This document shows positions 10,233 to 19,859 of a stretch of DNA of 64,000 bases, in pieces; within the stretch, counting starts at the first letter, position 1; each line of letters opens with the position of its first letter. The notes under the pieces are model-generated. The model saw only the letters and a list, made by a program, of their open reading frames with translations, searched no databases and was not told where the DNA came from. Source of the DNA: a virus. The position numbers and the translations under genes are program-made. The DNA lies in the IMG/VR virus record IMGVR_UViG_3300005573_000004, positions 1 to 64,000 of that record. The stretch is one strand, 5' to 3'.

Positions 10233-11279
10233 TTATTTTTTAGCTCCTGCTTTTTTCAAGAGTTCTACTATTTCAGTATGCCCAAATTTCTTTGCCAACC
10301 TTAAAGCAGTTTCTCCATCGTTATTTCTAGCATTTACATCAGCTCCTGCTTTTATTAATAGCTTCACTACATCAGTATGTCCATAGGTACTAGCCCATAT
10401 TAAAGCAGTCCATCCCCGTCTATCTTTAGCATTTACATCCGCTCCTGCTTTAATTAATAATTTTGCTATTTTAGTATTCAAATGTGCACTAGCAGATACT
10501 AAAGCAGCATTACCCCGTTTATCTTTAGCGTTCATATCCGCTCCTGCTTTAATTAATAGTTTTACTACTTCAGTATGTCCACGATCACTAGCTTCTAAAA
10601 GAGCAGTATTTCCATTTATAGTTTTAGCATTAACATCAGCTCCAGCTTTTAATAATAATTTTACCACTTCAGTTCTACCATCTATACTAGCCTCAATAAG
10701 AGCAGTTTCTCCATCTATAGTTTTAGCATTAACATCAGCTCCAGCTTCTATTAACTTTTTAACCAAGTCAGTTTGACCCTCTGCACTAGCACACATTAAA
10801 GCAGTATATCCATCTTTATCTTTAGCATTTACATCCGCTCCTGCTTTAATTAATAATTTTGCTACTTTAGTATCCAAAGTTCCACTAGCTATTATTAAAG
10901 CAGTATCACCCCGTCTATCTTTAGCATTAATATCCGCTCCTGCTTTTAATAATAATTTTACTACTTTAGGATGCCCGTTAAGACTAGCCAACATCAAAGC
11001 AGTTTCTCCCAAAGTATATTCCTTAGCATTTACATCAGCTCCTGCTTTAATTAATAATTCTACTACTTCAGTTAACCCGTGTCCACTAACATGCATTAAA
11101 GCAGTTTCTCCACTATCATTTATTACAGTATTAACTTTATCTGGAAATGCATTAGCAATCTGATAATCAGCCCATAGCTTTTTTAGAGCCATCAATCTAG
11201 AATATATACTTGCAGTTCTATCTTTTACTAGTTTTGATAAATCTTTCTGATATGGAGTAAGTTCGTCCATATATAACAC
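10233..11279 (-). CDS. ankyrin-repeat protein (~9 repeats)
   Basis: Highly regular KAGADVNAK..GxTALxxAS repeats; shared N-terminal module. Confidence 0.95.
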   Translation of the reverse strand: MLYMDELTPYQKDLSKLVKDRTASIYSRLMALKKLWADYQIANAFPDKVNTVINDSGETALMHVSGHGLTEVVELLIKAGADVNAKEYTLGETALMLASLNGHPKVVKLLLKAGADINAKDRRGDTALIIASGTLDTKVAKLLIKAGADVNAKDKDGYTALMCASAEGQTDLVKKLIEAGADVNAKTIDGETALIEASIDGRTEVVKLLLKAGADVNAKTINGNTALLEASDRGHTEVVKLLIKAGADMNAKDKRGNAALVSASAHLNTKIAKLLIKAGADVNAKDRRGWTALIWASTYGHTDVVKLLIKAGADVNARNNDGETALRLAKKFGHTEIVELLKKAGAKK

Positions 11280-11285
11280 CTCCTT

Positions 11286-11585
11286 TTAGTTTTTAGTTAT
11301 GGTTAATATATGACCATAATCTTCTTTATCTTTTAATGGATAAAAGACTCTTGCTTTTATAATTGAATTATTCTGTAATACTCGTTCAAGCACCCCCTTT
11401 CTTATTGCAGGAAATTCAACAACTGCAGTTCTATTTTCAGTAATACCCACAAATTCAGTTTTAGTGGCTTCAAACTCTAAATTAATTAATTCAAGATTAC
11501 TACTAATTTGATTTAAGATATTTTTCATAGAGCACCTCCGTATAATAAGATATCTAACTGAGAAAATATTACAATGAATAGCCAT
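11286..11585 (-). CDS. hypothetical protein (likely start 11528, MKNILNQ)
   Basis: GGAGGTG RBS precedes the internal Met. Confidence 0.5.
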   Translation of the reverse strand: MAIHCNIFSVRYLIIRRCSMKNILNQISSNLELINLEFEATKTEFVGITENRTAVVEFPAIRKGVLERVLQNNSIIKARVFYPLKDKEDYGHILTITKN

Positions 11586-11716
11586 AATAAAACTAATATT
11601 ATCAACGCAGTTATAACTCTACCAATCGGATGCTCAAGGCAAATATACTCTATCCATTCATCTAAAGTTCTTGGCTTAATAAATCTCTTGCTATTCTTAA
11701 TAATAAACCAATTCAT
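11525..11716 (-). CDS. small membrane protein
   Basis: Hydrophobic stretch VITALIILVLLWLFIVIF. Confidence 0.55.
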   Translation of the reverse strand: MNWFIIKNSKRFIKPRTLDEWIEYICLEHPIGRVITALIILVLLWLFIVIFSQLDILLYGGAL

Positions 11717-11946
11717 TATTCTACCTCCTTATTAGTTTTAGACCAATCAATTTCTTGAATCTTATACGTTTCTCTTAACAACATCTTCGCAGTTCCAATC
11801 ACAGCCCCAGTCTTACTCCAAGTTAATGCTACTGTCTTGTCATCAAATAACTGAGGCTGTATTCTTATTCCAACTTCGTTTAATAAATCTTCTAATACGA
11901 TATCACCTACACCAATCTTTACATCTTTGTTTTTCATAGTTATCAC
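11716..11946 (-). CDS. hypothetical protein
   Basis: Packed ORF with RBS. Confidence 0.55.
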   Translation of the reverse strand: MITMKNKDVKIGVGDIVLEDLLNEVGIRIQPQLFDDKTVALTWSKTGAVIGTAKMLLRETYKIQEIDWSKTNKEVE

Positions 11947-12371
11947 CTCCTTTTAGCTCCATATTGTTTTAGTAATTTTACTATTTTAATATAACCAGAA
12001 TCAATAGCCTTCACAAGAGCAGTATTTCCCCATTTATCTTTAGCATTAACATCAGCTCCAGCTTCTAATAATAACTTTACTATTTCAGTATGTCCATAGT
12101 CGCTAGCCCACTTTAAAGCAGTATCTCCATCTATAGTTTTAGCATTTACATCTGCTCCTGCTTCCAATAATAACTTCACTACTTCAATATGCCCATACAT
12201 ACTAGCCCACATTAAAGCAGTATCTCCATCTTTATCGCAACTATTAATATCAAATTCTAAATCAAATCTACCATATTCTTCAGGATATAACTTCCTTATA
12301 GCCATTAATCTAGTATAAATAGATGCAGTATCATCAGCTAATACTTTCTTTAATTCTTCTTTAGTAATCAT
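11943..12371 (-). CDS. ankyrin-repeat protein (3 repeats)
   Basis: Ankyrin consensus; shared N-terminal module. Confidence 0.94.
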   Translation of the reverse strand: MITKEELKKVLADDTASIYTRLMAIRKLYPEEYGRFDLEFDINSCDKDGDTALMWASMYGHIEVVKLLLEAGADVNAKTIDGDTALKWASDYGHTEIVKLLLEAGADVNAKDKWGNTALVKAIDSGYIKIVKLLKQYGAKRR

Positions 12372-12385
12372 TTTTATCCACCTCC

Positions 12386-13744
12386 TTACCTTTGTTCTGG
12401 ATCTATTAGAATATTTAAATATGGACGAGATGCTCCTTTAAAATTCACTGTATTATGCGTAGTAAATACTATCACATTACTACGCCTTGGACCATATTCT
12501 AACTCAGGGATTTCGCCATCAGTAAGCAATATAAAATTTAATTTTTCACTACCTCTTTTATTTTTCTCAAACTCTTCCCAACGTTTCATTATTGGGTTTA
12601 AATCTGTTCCACCCAATCCAGGAACTTTATTTGGTATTGGATCGCCTTTCTTAACTATATTCTGAATTTGAGTATCACAATATACTACTTCTTCAAATTC
12701 AGGTAATCCCATTATATAGCCAAGAAAGGATTCAATATAATCATCACACGAACCAGAAACATCTATCCCAGCATATACTCTAAATTTTTGATTTCTCTTT
12801 CTTGGAATAAATGTTTGTCTTAATCTACCAGTAGTATCACGTAGTCTGATTCTACGAGATGGTCTACTGAAATCATACTTTTCTTTATACAACATCACCT
12901 CAAGCACCTGATTAAACGGGAAATCTTTTCTTACAATTTCCATTAACTCCCTAACAAAATTTCCTGCTATAGAACCATACTCATTTGACTTTGCTGCCTT
13001 TATCATATTGTCTATGGTTTCTTTTATATCCCCGTTAACATCATCAGGATGAGGTTGACCATCATGATTATCCAACCTCATATTATCAAGATCTTCAAGA
13101 CTTATTTTACCGGATTTAGAACAACTGGAATTACTGGAATCCTTAGAATTATTGTTACTATTGTTACCATTGTTACCATTGTTACTATTGTTACTATTCT
13201 TCTTTAATATTTCATAGATTTCATCTGAAGTGACTTCGTCTACTGATCTATTTTCAAGAAAGTTTGCAGGAAGAATTTTCTCTTCCATTAAACTTTCAAT
13301 AGTAATACCAATTTTCTTCCCTGAATCATCAGTAGGTTGGTTAAGTGCTCCTTTATAATACTTATTTAGCAAAGAGTTTATTACGGCATCCTCTGCGATG
13401 TTTAAAGCTTCCGGATTATCATACTTTTCTACCCTAATTAAATGCGATAATAATAAATGTGCTGCTTCATGAGCTAAGATATACATTTGTTCAGAAATTG
13501 TGTGTTGTAATAACTGTGTTACGTTCACTTGCATATGTATATTCTTAGTCTTCTTATTCATTACCATCGCAGCATAGAAATGATCGTCTTTACTTTTAGG
13601 AATATATTCTTCAATTCGCAACATCAAGAATAATTCCATGAAGAATCTTAAATCTGAATTGAGTGCGAAGTGCTCAAATGGAAGGACGTTTCTAATTGGA
13701 TCAGTGCTGATATTTCTATTTCTTAATTCATCTCTTAAACTCAT
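12386..13744 (-). CDS. DUF2201-type putative metallopeptidase-vWA protein
   Basis: HEAAH (HExxH), N.A.D.VIN, Asn-rich linker, MIDAS DVSGS, GGTDL and LLTDG; adjacent to a MoxR ATPase. Confidence 0.85.
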   Translation of the reverse strand: MSLRDELRNRNISTDPIRNVLPFEHFALNSDLRFFMELFLMLRIEEYIPKSKDDHFYAAMVMNKKTKNIHMQVNVTQLLQHTISEQMYILAHEAAHLLLSHLIRVEKYDNPEALNIAEDAVINSLLNKYYKGALNQPTDDSGKKIGITIESLMEEKILPANFLENRSVDEVTSDEIYEILKKNSNNSNNGNNGNNSNNNSKDSSNSSCSKSGKISLEDLDNMRLDNHDGQPHPDDVNGDIKETIDNMIKAAKSNEYGSIAGNFVRELMEIVRKDFPFNQVLEVMLYKEKYDFSRPSRRIRLRDTTGRLRQTFIPRKRNQKFRVYAGIDVSGSCDDYIESFLGYIMGLPEFEEVVYCDTQIQNIVKKGDPIPNKVPGLGGTDLNPIMKRWEEFEKNKRGSEKLNFILLTDGEIPELEYGPRRSNVIVFTTHNTVNFKGASRPYLNILIDPEQR

Positions 13745-13811
13745 AATACACCTCCTTAGGTTTTATAAGGGGGCAGGATTCCCTGCCCCCTTAAGATTTT
13801 AGTTGAAAATT

Positions 13812-14960
13812 CTATTTGCTTTTACTCTTATTTTTATTCTTAGCTCCCGCTTCTTTAAGCAATGAATCATAATAACTACTGAATTTTTCACCTTTACAAG
13901 TCAAGGATTCAAATAATATCACATCTTTTTCTACAATACCACGTCCAAAACTCGTAATAATCTCTGCTACCGGCTCAGTTTCTACTAATTTATCTAAAAA
14001 TGGCTGTATTTTCTTCAGTAGTTTTTCTCTTATTTCTTTGTTTGGTTCAAAATCTACAGGAAATAAGATAGCAAGCACATCATTCAATGCTGATTTACGT
14101 TTCATAGGATTATTCTTAGCCGCTTCATATCTACTCCAAGCAGTTTTATCCAATTCCAACAATTTTTCCGCATTTATCACGGAATCTTTAATGAATTCGG
14201 CAAACAAACTTACTGTGCTTGGAGATAAGAAGCCTGATGCATACATTAAGATCTTATCTTGATCTTCATCTTTATCGGGATCTAATCCCATCTGTTTTAC
14301 AATATTGTCTAACTGAGACCAGCCCCTTGGATTGCTCCACGGTTCAAATGGAGCATCTTTTTTCGGGCGGACATAGAACACTTTGCTTTCATACGCCTTA
14401 ATAAAATCTGCGATGGCTTTCACTGGCTTTTGGAATTCAATCCACGCATCAATCTCTGGTCTTCTTACGGCAAAAATCATACCTCTTCCACCAGTTAACG
14501 CAGTGCTAAACGCCTTCGCAAATGTTCCATCTTCACCGCCCATATTCCCAAGCAGAACGAATAACGTTCCCTTGGGAAGTTTAACTCCATCTATTTCTTT
14601 CTGCCAAATCACATCTAAAATCGCACCCTGAACATCTTCTGCGGCCAATGTTGCTTCATCACATATTACAACTGCCTTTCCATTTGCTTCTATTACTTCT
14701 TTCCAGAAGTAAGGAAGCTTCCATTGCGTATAAGTCCCACTGACATCTGGAATACCTTTGATGTCATAGGGTTCAATCCTTCCCAAGGAAATTTTTACTG
14801 CTTTTCTCCCTTCTTCGGCAACCACCTGCTCAATGCCGAAGGATTTTCCAATACCAGGGTCACCAAAGAACATCACTGTTGGTGGGTCAGGAAGTTTCAT
14901 TAACCCCCTGACAAGTTCTTTCATCTCTGTGACTGTAACTACTTTTAAATTGGATGCCAT
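13812..14960 (-). CDS. MoxR-like AAA+ ATPase
   Basis: Walker A GDPGIGKS, Walker B VICDE, NPRGW motif. Confidence 0.85.
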   Translation of the reverse strand: MASNLKVVTVTEMKELVRGLMKLPDPPTVMFFGDPGIGKSFGIEQVVAEEGRKAVKISLGRIEPYDIKGIPDVSGTYTQWKLPYFWKEVIEANGKAVVICDEATLAAEDVQGAILDVIWQKEIDGVKLPKGTLFVLLGNMGGEDGTFAKAFSTALTGGRGMIFAVRRPEIDAWIEFQKPVKAIADFIKAYESKVFYVRPKKDAPFEPWSNPRGWSQLDNIVKQMGLDPDKDEDQDKILMYASGFLSPSTVSLFAEFIKDSVINAEKLLELDKTAWSRYEAAKNNPMKRKSALNDVLAILFPVDFEPNKEIREKLLKKIQPFLDKLVETEPVAEIITSFGRGIVEKDVILFESLTCKGEKFSSYYDSLLKEAGAKNKNKSKSK

Positions 14961-14995
14961 AAGACACCTCCTTCAGATTAATTAGATTAATACTG

Positions 14996-15031
14996 TGTCA
15001 GCGTATTATTAATTCCCCGCTGACAAGGGAA
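14996..15031 (-). promoter_or_regulatory. H-type pseudoknot element (fully covaried variant) upstream of the MoxR gene
   Basis: TTCCC T TGTCAGCG GGGAA TTAATAATA CGCTGACA. Confidence 0.7.
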
Positions 15032-15032
15032 G

Positions 15033-15061
15033 ATTTTAATATAATTTTACTGCAATGTCAA
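15033..15061 (-). promoter_or_regulatory. sigma70-type promoter TTGACA-N17-TAAAAT
   Basis: Near-consensus hexamers with 17-bp spacer. Confidence 0.65.
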
Positions 15062-15064
15062 GCT

Positions 15065-15736
15065 TTATTTTGTCTCACCTCCCTTCTCATTATGTATCTT
15101 CATATACTCTAACAGCTTTTCATACATAAATTCACCAGGCTTTATATCTGCTCCTGCCTTTACCAGCTCTAACATTACTGAAAAAGCATTCATTCTACTG
15201 GCATATGCTAGAGCGGTTTGTCCTAATTTATTCTTTATATTAACATCGGCTCCAGCAGATATTAGAGCTTTGACTATATCAACTCTATCATCAAAATTAT
15301 AGGCAGCTTTCATAAGAGCAGTGTCTCCGTCATTATCTTGAGCATTTATATCTGCTCCTGCCTTTATTAAAAGATTAACTATTGTATCACTATTATACAT
15401 ACAAGCAAACATAAGTGGACTTGTTCCAAAATAATCTTTGGCATTTATATCAGCTCCTGCTTCTATGAGAAGCTCTGCAACCTTAGTATGCCAATGTTCA
15501 CAAGTAATCATAAGAGCTGTTCTATTATATTCATTTTTTGCATCAATATCAATTTCTAAATCAAATTCTTCATAAATATCTGGATATAATTTTTTTAATG
15601 CCACAATACGAGAGAATAGACTGGCATTTTTGTCTAATAATAATTCTAATAATTCATTCCGATTATACCGATTATCCATAATAACACCCCTTTCAATAAA
15701 ATTATCTGAAAACTTTATATACTGTTTCTTTTCCAA
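15065..15736 (-). CDS. ankyrin-repeat protein (~5 repeats; likely start at MDNRYN)
   Basis: Ankyrin consensus; shared N-terminal module. Confidence 0.92.
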   Translation of the reverse strand: MEKKQYIKFSDNFIERGVIMDNRYNRNELLELLLDKNASLFSRIVALKKLYPDIYEEFDLEIDIDAKNEYNRTALMITCEHWHTKVAELLIEAGADINAKDYFGTSPLMFACMYNSDTIVNLLIKAGADINAQDNDGDTALMKAAYNFDDRVDIVKALISAGADVNIKNKLGQTALAYASRMNAFSVMLELVKAGADIKPGEFMYEKLLEYMKIHNEKGGETK

Positions 15737-15944
15737 ACAATTTAGAGAGCATATAAACCCAGCCGTGTTCCCTTATTGCACTCTCTAAACAATGTTTGGT
15801 TTTAATCTGAATAATCTTTCCGCCAGGTGTTAAGAACTTTGCTTGTTCTATTTCATCTGGCATTACTTTTTTCCAATAGATATCAAACGGAGCTGGGTAT
15901 CCGTATGATTCTAATTGTTTTTGTATTAAGTCCTTAACGTTCAT
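15702..15944 (-). CDS. hypothetical protein
   Basis: Packed ORF, overlapping start/stop with upstream gene. Confidence 0.55.
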   Translation of the reverse strand: MNVKDLIQKQLESYGYPAPFDIYWKKVMPDEIEQAKFLTPGGKIIQIKTKHCLESAIREHGWVYMLSKLFGKETVYKVFR

Positions 15945-16132
15945 AATGTGCCTCCATCCTTCATGGTCTTTTTTATTTGCCGCATTACATCTCTGATAGC
16001 TGCTTTATAAGCATACTCCAGAGTTAATTTCTTAACAAACTTTGGGCGAACATATTTTTGCCCAAAGAATTTCATATGTTTCTTCATCCTTTCTTCTGTA
16101 GTGATTACCGGAGCATTAAAAATGTCTTTCAT
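15941..16132 (-). CDS. hypothetical protein
   Basis: AGGAGGTG RBS. Confidence 0.55.
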   Translation of the reverse strand: MKDIFNAPVITTEERMKKHMKFFGQKYVRPKFVKKLTLEYAYKAAIRDVMRQIKKTMKDGGTL

Positions 16133-16150
16133 AAAGCACCTCCTATAGGA

Positions 16151-16564
16151 TTAGTATTCACGGAAACGAACGAATTTAAATTCGCTCGTTTTAATTCCGT
16201 CTTTTTCCACAGCAATTCTTGCTGTGGTCGCTGCAACAGGAACTTTTCCCTGTGCGAGCAATTCATTTACAAGCATATGCGTCAAGGTATGTTCACCTTG
16301 AATCATAATATGCTTGTAATTATATTTATTTAATTTCTTTAATACTTTTTGAGCTAACTTTGTTACATCTTCCTTAGATGCCTCAGGTGGCACCATAGGA
16401 AAATGAATATCAACTATCTGGGATGCTACGTGAGGAGCATATCCCTCAGTAGCAATGCTGTATAATGCGTCCCTTTGTTCTTGGGACCATTTGTTGCTCG
16501 GGTGATTGCTTAAATTTATCGCAACCACCTTTAAATTGTGTTCTAATGTTAATTCTAATTCCAT
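16151..16564 (-). CDS. Csx20-like CRISPR-associated ring-nuclease homolog (candidate anti-type-III protein)
   Basis: INLSNHPS.KWS.EQ, FP.VPPEAS, IQGE.TLT..LV, PV.ATT.R, K.SEF.FVRFREY match my recollection of the Csx15/16/20 group. Confidence 0.72.
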   Translation of the reverse strand: MELELTLEHNLKVVAINLSNHPSNKWSQEQRDALYSIATEGYAPHVASQIVDIHFPMVPPEASKEDVTKLAQKVLKKLNKYNYKHIMIQGEHTLTHMLVNELLAQGKVPVAATTARIAVEKDGIKTSEFKFVRFREY

Positions 16565-16629
16565 ATTACACCTCCTTTAGTTGCCTATGTATTATTTCCC
16601 CCATAGGCAGGGGAGAATTAAGAAATAGT

Positions 16630-17106
16630 TTATTTCAATCTTACGTCAGGAAGGATCTTAACTGTGCTGTCCATCTTGACAACACAATTAATCCCCCTCT
16701 TCTGCAACGCCGGTACTAAGAGGAACATTAGCACCGGAGTGCAGTCTATGAAGGCGATTTTATCCTCGCCTTCAGATATGTTTTGTAAATATATATTATC
16801 CATTCTTTTCAGGATATCATCAACAATATCCTGAAAGAAACTATAGTAATCCCCATTGGGATCACTATAGATAACTTCACTTTCCGTCTTTTCAGACGGA
16901 AAGTAATTATACTTTGTGAAGTTAATAATCTCTACGTCATCCCATTTGGGAGTGGCGTAGAACGTAGTTGCATTATCTATGATTATCACTCCTTCCTTTC
17001 CCGTGGTTGGATCTGCTTTATCCCCCATAAAGCAGTCCAAAATTTTTTCTTTCAGCTCTGGACTCCAGCGTTCTGCTGGAGTATTTGAAAAATTAAAAAG
17101 CTTCAT
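16630..17106 (-). CDS. divergent Csx15/Csx20-like paralog, copy 1
   Basis: LFNFSNTPAERWSPE aligns to INLSNHPSNKWSQE; C-terminal AFID...LVPALQKRGI.CV aligns to MIQG...LVNELLAQGKVPV. Confidence 0.5.
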   Translation of the reverse strand: MKLFNFSNTPAERWSPELKEKILDCFMGDKADPTTGKEGVIIIDNATTFYATPKWDDVEIINFTKYNYFPSEKTESEVIYSDPNGDYYSFFQDIVDDILKRMDNIYLQNISEGEDKIAFIDCTPVLMFLLVPALQKRGINCVVKMDSTVKILPDVRLK

Positions 17107-17161
17107 ATTACACCTCCTTTAGTTGCCTATGTATTATTTCCCCCATAGGCAGGGGAGAATT

Positions 17162-17464
17162 TTATTTATTATTTAATATTAATTTCTTGACAAACATATT
17201 AAGGGCATTTACTAAATACCCTTTTAAATGCATAATATAATATGTAGCGTATTCACCTCCTTCCGATCCGAAATCAACTTTCTTTACGAAGTAAAATGGA
17301 TCCTTCAGCTGTGCTGAAGAATCCTTTACTTCTACTACTGAATATGCAGGCCCTGGAATATATATCTCACAGGGACCTGTAAATCCTAACGCTTTGGAGC
17401 CTATAATATGCTCCAAAGATTTTTGTAACTCTTCTTTGCTTGAAAATTCTTTTAATTCTATCAT
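17162..17464 (-). CDS. small early protein, family B
   Basis: Near-identical to 18568..18870; RBS and pseudoknot leader. Confidence 0.7.
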   Translation of the reverse strand: MIELKEFSSKEELQKSLEHIIGSKALGFTGPCEIYIPGPAYSVVEVKDSSAQLKDPFYFVKKVDFGSEGGEYATYYIMHLKGYLVNALNMFVKKLILNNK

Positions 17465-17523
17465 ATTACACCTCCTTTAGTTGCCTATGTATTCTTATTT
17501 CCCCCATAGGCAGGGGAGAATTT

Positions 17524-17970
17524 TTATTCCCCAAATATTTTCTTCATCAAATCAGCCACCAACTTTTTGGTGGCTTCTTCATCGTGCTTAACCCACTTGA
17601 GTGAGTTAAGCCATTTTTTGTGGAGAGCTACTTTCTTCTCCACATGTTTCTTATTCTTGTCCCCATACTCTCCTTCGTGTATGGGGACTACAGAATAAAC
17701 ATCATTCGGTAAATCTTTTATATTGATATTTTCCGGAAGATGTCCGTCATCTACGACACCTCCGGAAAATGTTTTAATCTTACAATATTGTAATACAGAG
17801 AGATTACTCTTCTCTGTATCGTATACTTCCCCTTCTTCTGTGAAGAGGGGAAACTCTACCACATCGCCTGGAGCCCAGGCGATTACTACTTCTTCCCCCT
17901 GAATATATAACTCGTGAAGAAGTTTTTGAACTTCTTCAGAGTCATAATTGTTATTTTTTAATTTTATCAT
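17524..17970 (-). CDS. hypothetical acidic early protein
   Basis: RBS and pseudoknot leader. Confidence 0.7.
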   Translation of the reverse strand: MIKLKNNNYDSEEVQKLLHELYIQGEEVVIAWAPGDVVEFPLFTEEGEVYDTEKSNLSVLQYCKIKTFSGGVVDDGHLPENINIKDLPNDVYSVVPIHEGEYGDKNKKHVEKKVALHKKWLNSLKWVKHDEEATKKLVADLMKKIFGE

Positions 17971-18035
17971 AAGACACCTCCTACAAATTTGCCTATGTAT
18001 TATATTCCCCCATAGGCAGGGGAGAATTAAGAATA

Positions 18036-18512
18036 TTATTTTAACCTTACTTCTGGTAAAACTTTAAATGTGTTGTCAAAACGGACAACACATTTAATTT
18101 CTCTTCTCTGCAACGCCGGTACTAAGAAGAACATCAGTACCGGAGTGCAGTCTATGAAGGCGATTTTATCCTCGCCTTCAGATATGTTTTGTAAATATAT
18201 ATTATCCATTCTTTTCAGGATATCATCAACAATATCCTGAAAGAAACTATAGTAATCCCCATTGGGATCACTATAGATAACTTCACTTTCCGTCTTTTCA
18301 GACGGAAAGTAATTATACTTTGTGAAGTTAATAATCTCTACGTCATCCCATTTGGGAGTGGCGTAGAACGTAGTTGCATTATCTATGATTATCACTCCTT
18401 CCTTTCCCGTGGTTGGATCTGCTTTATCCCCCATAAAGCAGTCCAAAATTTTTTCTTTCAGCTCTGGACTCCAGCGTTCTGCTGGAGTATTTGAAAAATT
18501 AAAAAGCTTCAT
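18036..18512 (-). CDS. divergent Csx15/Csx20-like paralog, copy 2
   Basis: Identical to 16630..17106 except in the last ~30 aa. Confidence 0.5.
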   Translation of the reverse strand: MKLFNFSNTPAERWSPELKEKILDCFMGDKADPTTGKEGVIIIDNATTFYATPKWDDVEIINFTKYNYFPSEKTESEVIYSDPNGDYYSFFQDIVDDILKRMDNIYLQNISEGEDKIAFIDCTPVLMFFLVPALQRREIKCVVRFDNTFKVLPEVRLK

Positions 18513-18567
18513 ATTACACCTCCTTTAGTTGCCTATGTATTATTTCCCCCATAGGCAGGGGAGAATT

Positions 18568-18870
18568 TTATTTATTATTTAATATTAATTTCTTGACAAA
18601 CATATTAAGGGCATTTACTAAATACCCTTTTAAATGCATAATATAATATGTAGCGTATTCACCTCCTTCCGATCCGAAATCAACTTTCTTTACGAAGTAA
18701 AATGGATCCTTCAGCTGTGCTGAAGAATCCTTTACTTCTACTACTGAATATGCAGGCCCTGGAATATATATCTCACAGGGACCTGTAAATCCTAACGCTT
18801 TGGAGCCTATAATATGCTCCAAAGATTTTTGTAACTCTTCAACTGTGTTAAATTCTTTTAATTCTATCAT
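18568..18870 (-). CDS. small early protein, family B
   Basis: Duplicate of 17162..17464, offset 1406 bp. Confidence 0.7.
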   Translation of the reverse strand: MIELKEFNTVEELQKSLEHIIGSKALGFTGPCEIYIPGPAYSVVEVKDSSAQLKDPFYFVKKVDFGSEGGEYATYYIMHLKGYLVNALNMFVKKLILNNK

Positions 18871-18977
18871 ATTACACCTCCTTTTATAGCCTATGTATTA
18901 TTTCCCCCATAGGCAGGGGAGAATTTTTTTGCCTATAAATATTTTAGCTTCCTATAGGCAGGAAGCTAAACGAATTA

Positions 18978-19262
18978 TTAGAGATTACCCGCTAATAATT
19001 CGTTTAAAAATATCGTATTAGCATACTCTACGTTCCCTTTTACATAGATAATAGAGAACGTAACCTCTTCATAAGAGGCTTTCTTCACTATATAAAATTT
19101 ATGCTTCAATAATAAAGCTTCTTCATTTGCGTATTCTAATGCCCCGGCAATCCCTTGAACATAGATGCTTTCATCTTCCTTTTGAGAGGCGATAGCCTCT
19201 TTTAAGGAAGCTAGCAACTCTGGCATACCTGATACTTCTTTTACTTTAACATCTACATGCAT
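18978..19262 (-). CDS. small early protein, family B
   Basis: EL..SL...I.S, IY..G.A, LK..FY.VKK, I...KG motifs shared with 17162..17464. Confidence 0.65.
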   Translation of the reverse strand: MHVDVKVKEVSGMPELLASLKEAIASQKEDESIYVQGIAGALEYANEEALLLKHKFYIVKKASYEEVTFSIIYVKGNVEYANTIFLNELLAGNL

Positions 19263-19442
19263 ACGATGCCTCCTTTCATAGCCTATGTATTCTTATTTCC
19301 CCCATAGGCAGGGGAAAATTTAAATCCCCTTTAGGCGGGGTCAAAGAACTTTTGGAAGCGGAGAGTCTATGCTCCCCGCTTCCAAATAGCCTACGTATAT
19401 TTTAGCTCCCCCGTAGGCTGGGAGCTTAAGGAACTAATGTTC

Positions 19443-19859
19443 TTATTTTTTGGACATTAGTTCCTTAAGCTTTTTTTCCTCCTGCTCCCGCCTATTGGAG
19501 CGGTTTTTGTCAATTGCCTCTTTTAAAACTGGGAGGCTTGCCTCCCAGTTTATCCCTCCCCAACTATATTCATTAGCTAAGGCCATAATGGTCTTAGCTA
19601 CCTTGTCGGAATCAATACATTCCGACAAATTAGTAAAAATCCTGATATGGGGAACTCTGTTCCCCATATCCTCAAAAATCACCAAGGCGTTCCATGACAC
19701 CTTGGTGATTATCTCTTTCACCTTGGCGGGGGTATCAAGACCCCACCAAGTAAGATTTAAGAATTCCCCGCCTTTGACGAGGAATTCATTTCTTCTGGCA
19801 TATGGGTTTCCTCCCCATACGCCTTCCATTTGGTCTACCAATATAAATTTGGATTCCAT
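19443..19859 (-). CDS. hypothetical early protein
   Basis: RBS and pseudoknot leader. Confidence 0.7.
   Translation of the reverse strand: MESKFILVDQMEGVWGGNPYARRNEFLVKGGEFLNLTWWGLDTPAKVKEIITKVSWNALVIFEDMGNRVPHIRIFTNLSECIDSDKVAKTIMALANEYSWGGINWEASLPVLKEAIDKNRSNRREQEEKKLKELMSKK

Noticed and set aside
847-12371. Diversity-generating retroelement acting on the ankyrin genes
   Set aside because: No reverse transcriptase and no non-coding template repeat are visible in the window, and the differences are not evidently adenine-specific. Repeat shuffling and gene conversion are sufficient.
16583-16614. Pseudoknot repeat as a known ribozyme or riboswitch (pistol, HDV/theta, preQ1)
   Set aside because: It lacks pistol P2/P3, the HDV nested double knot and the preQ1 conserved nucleotides; only the generic H-type topology is shared.
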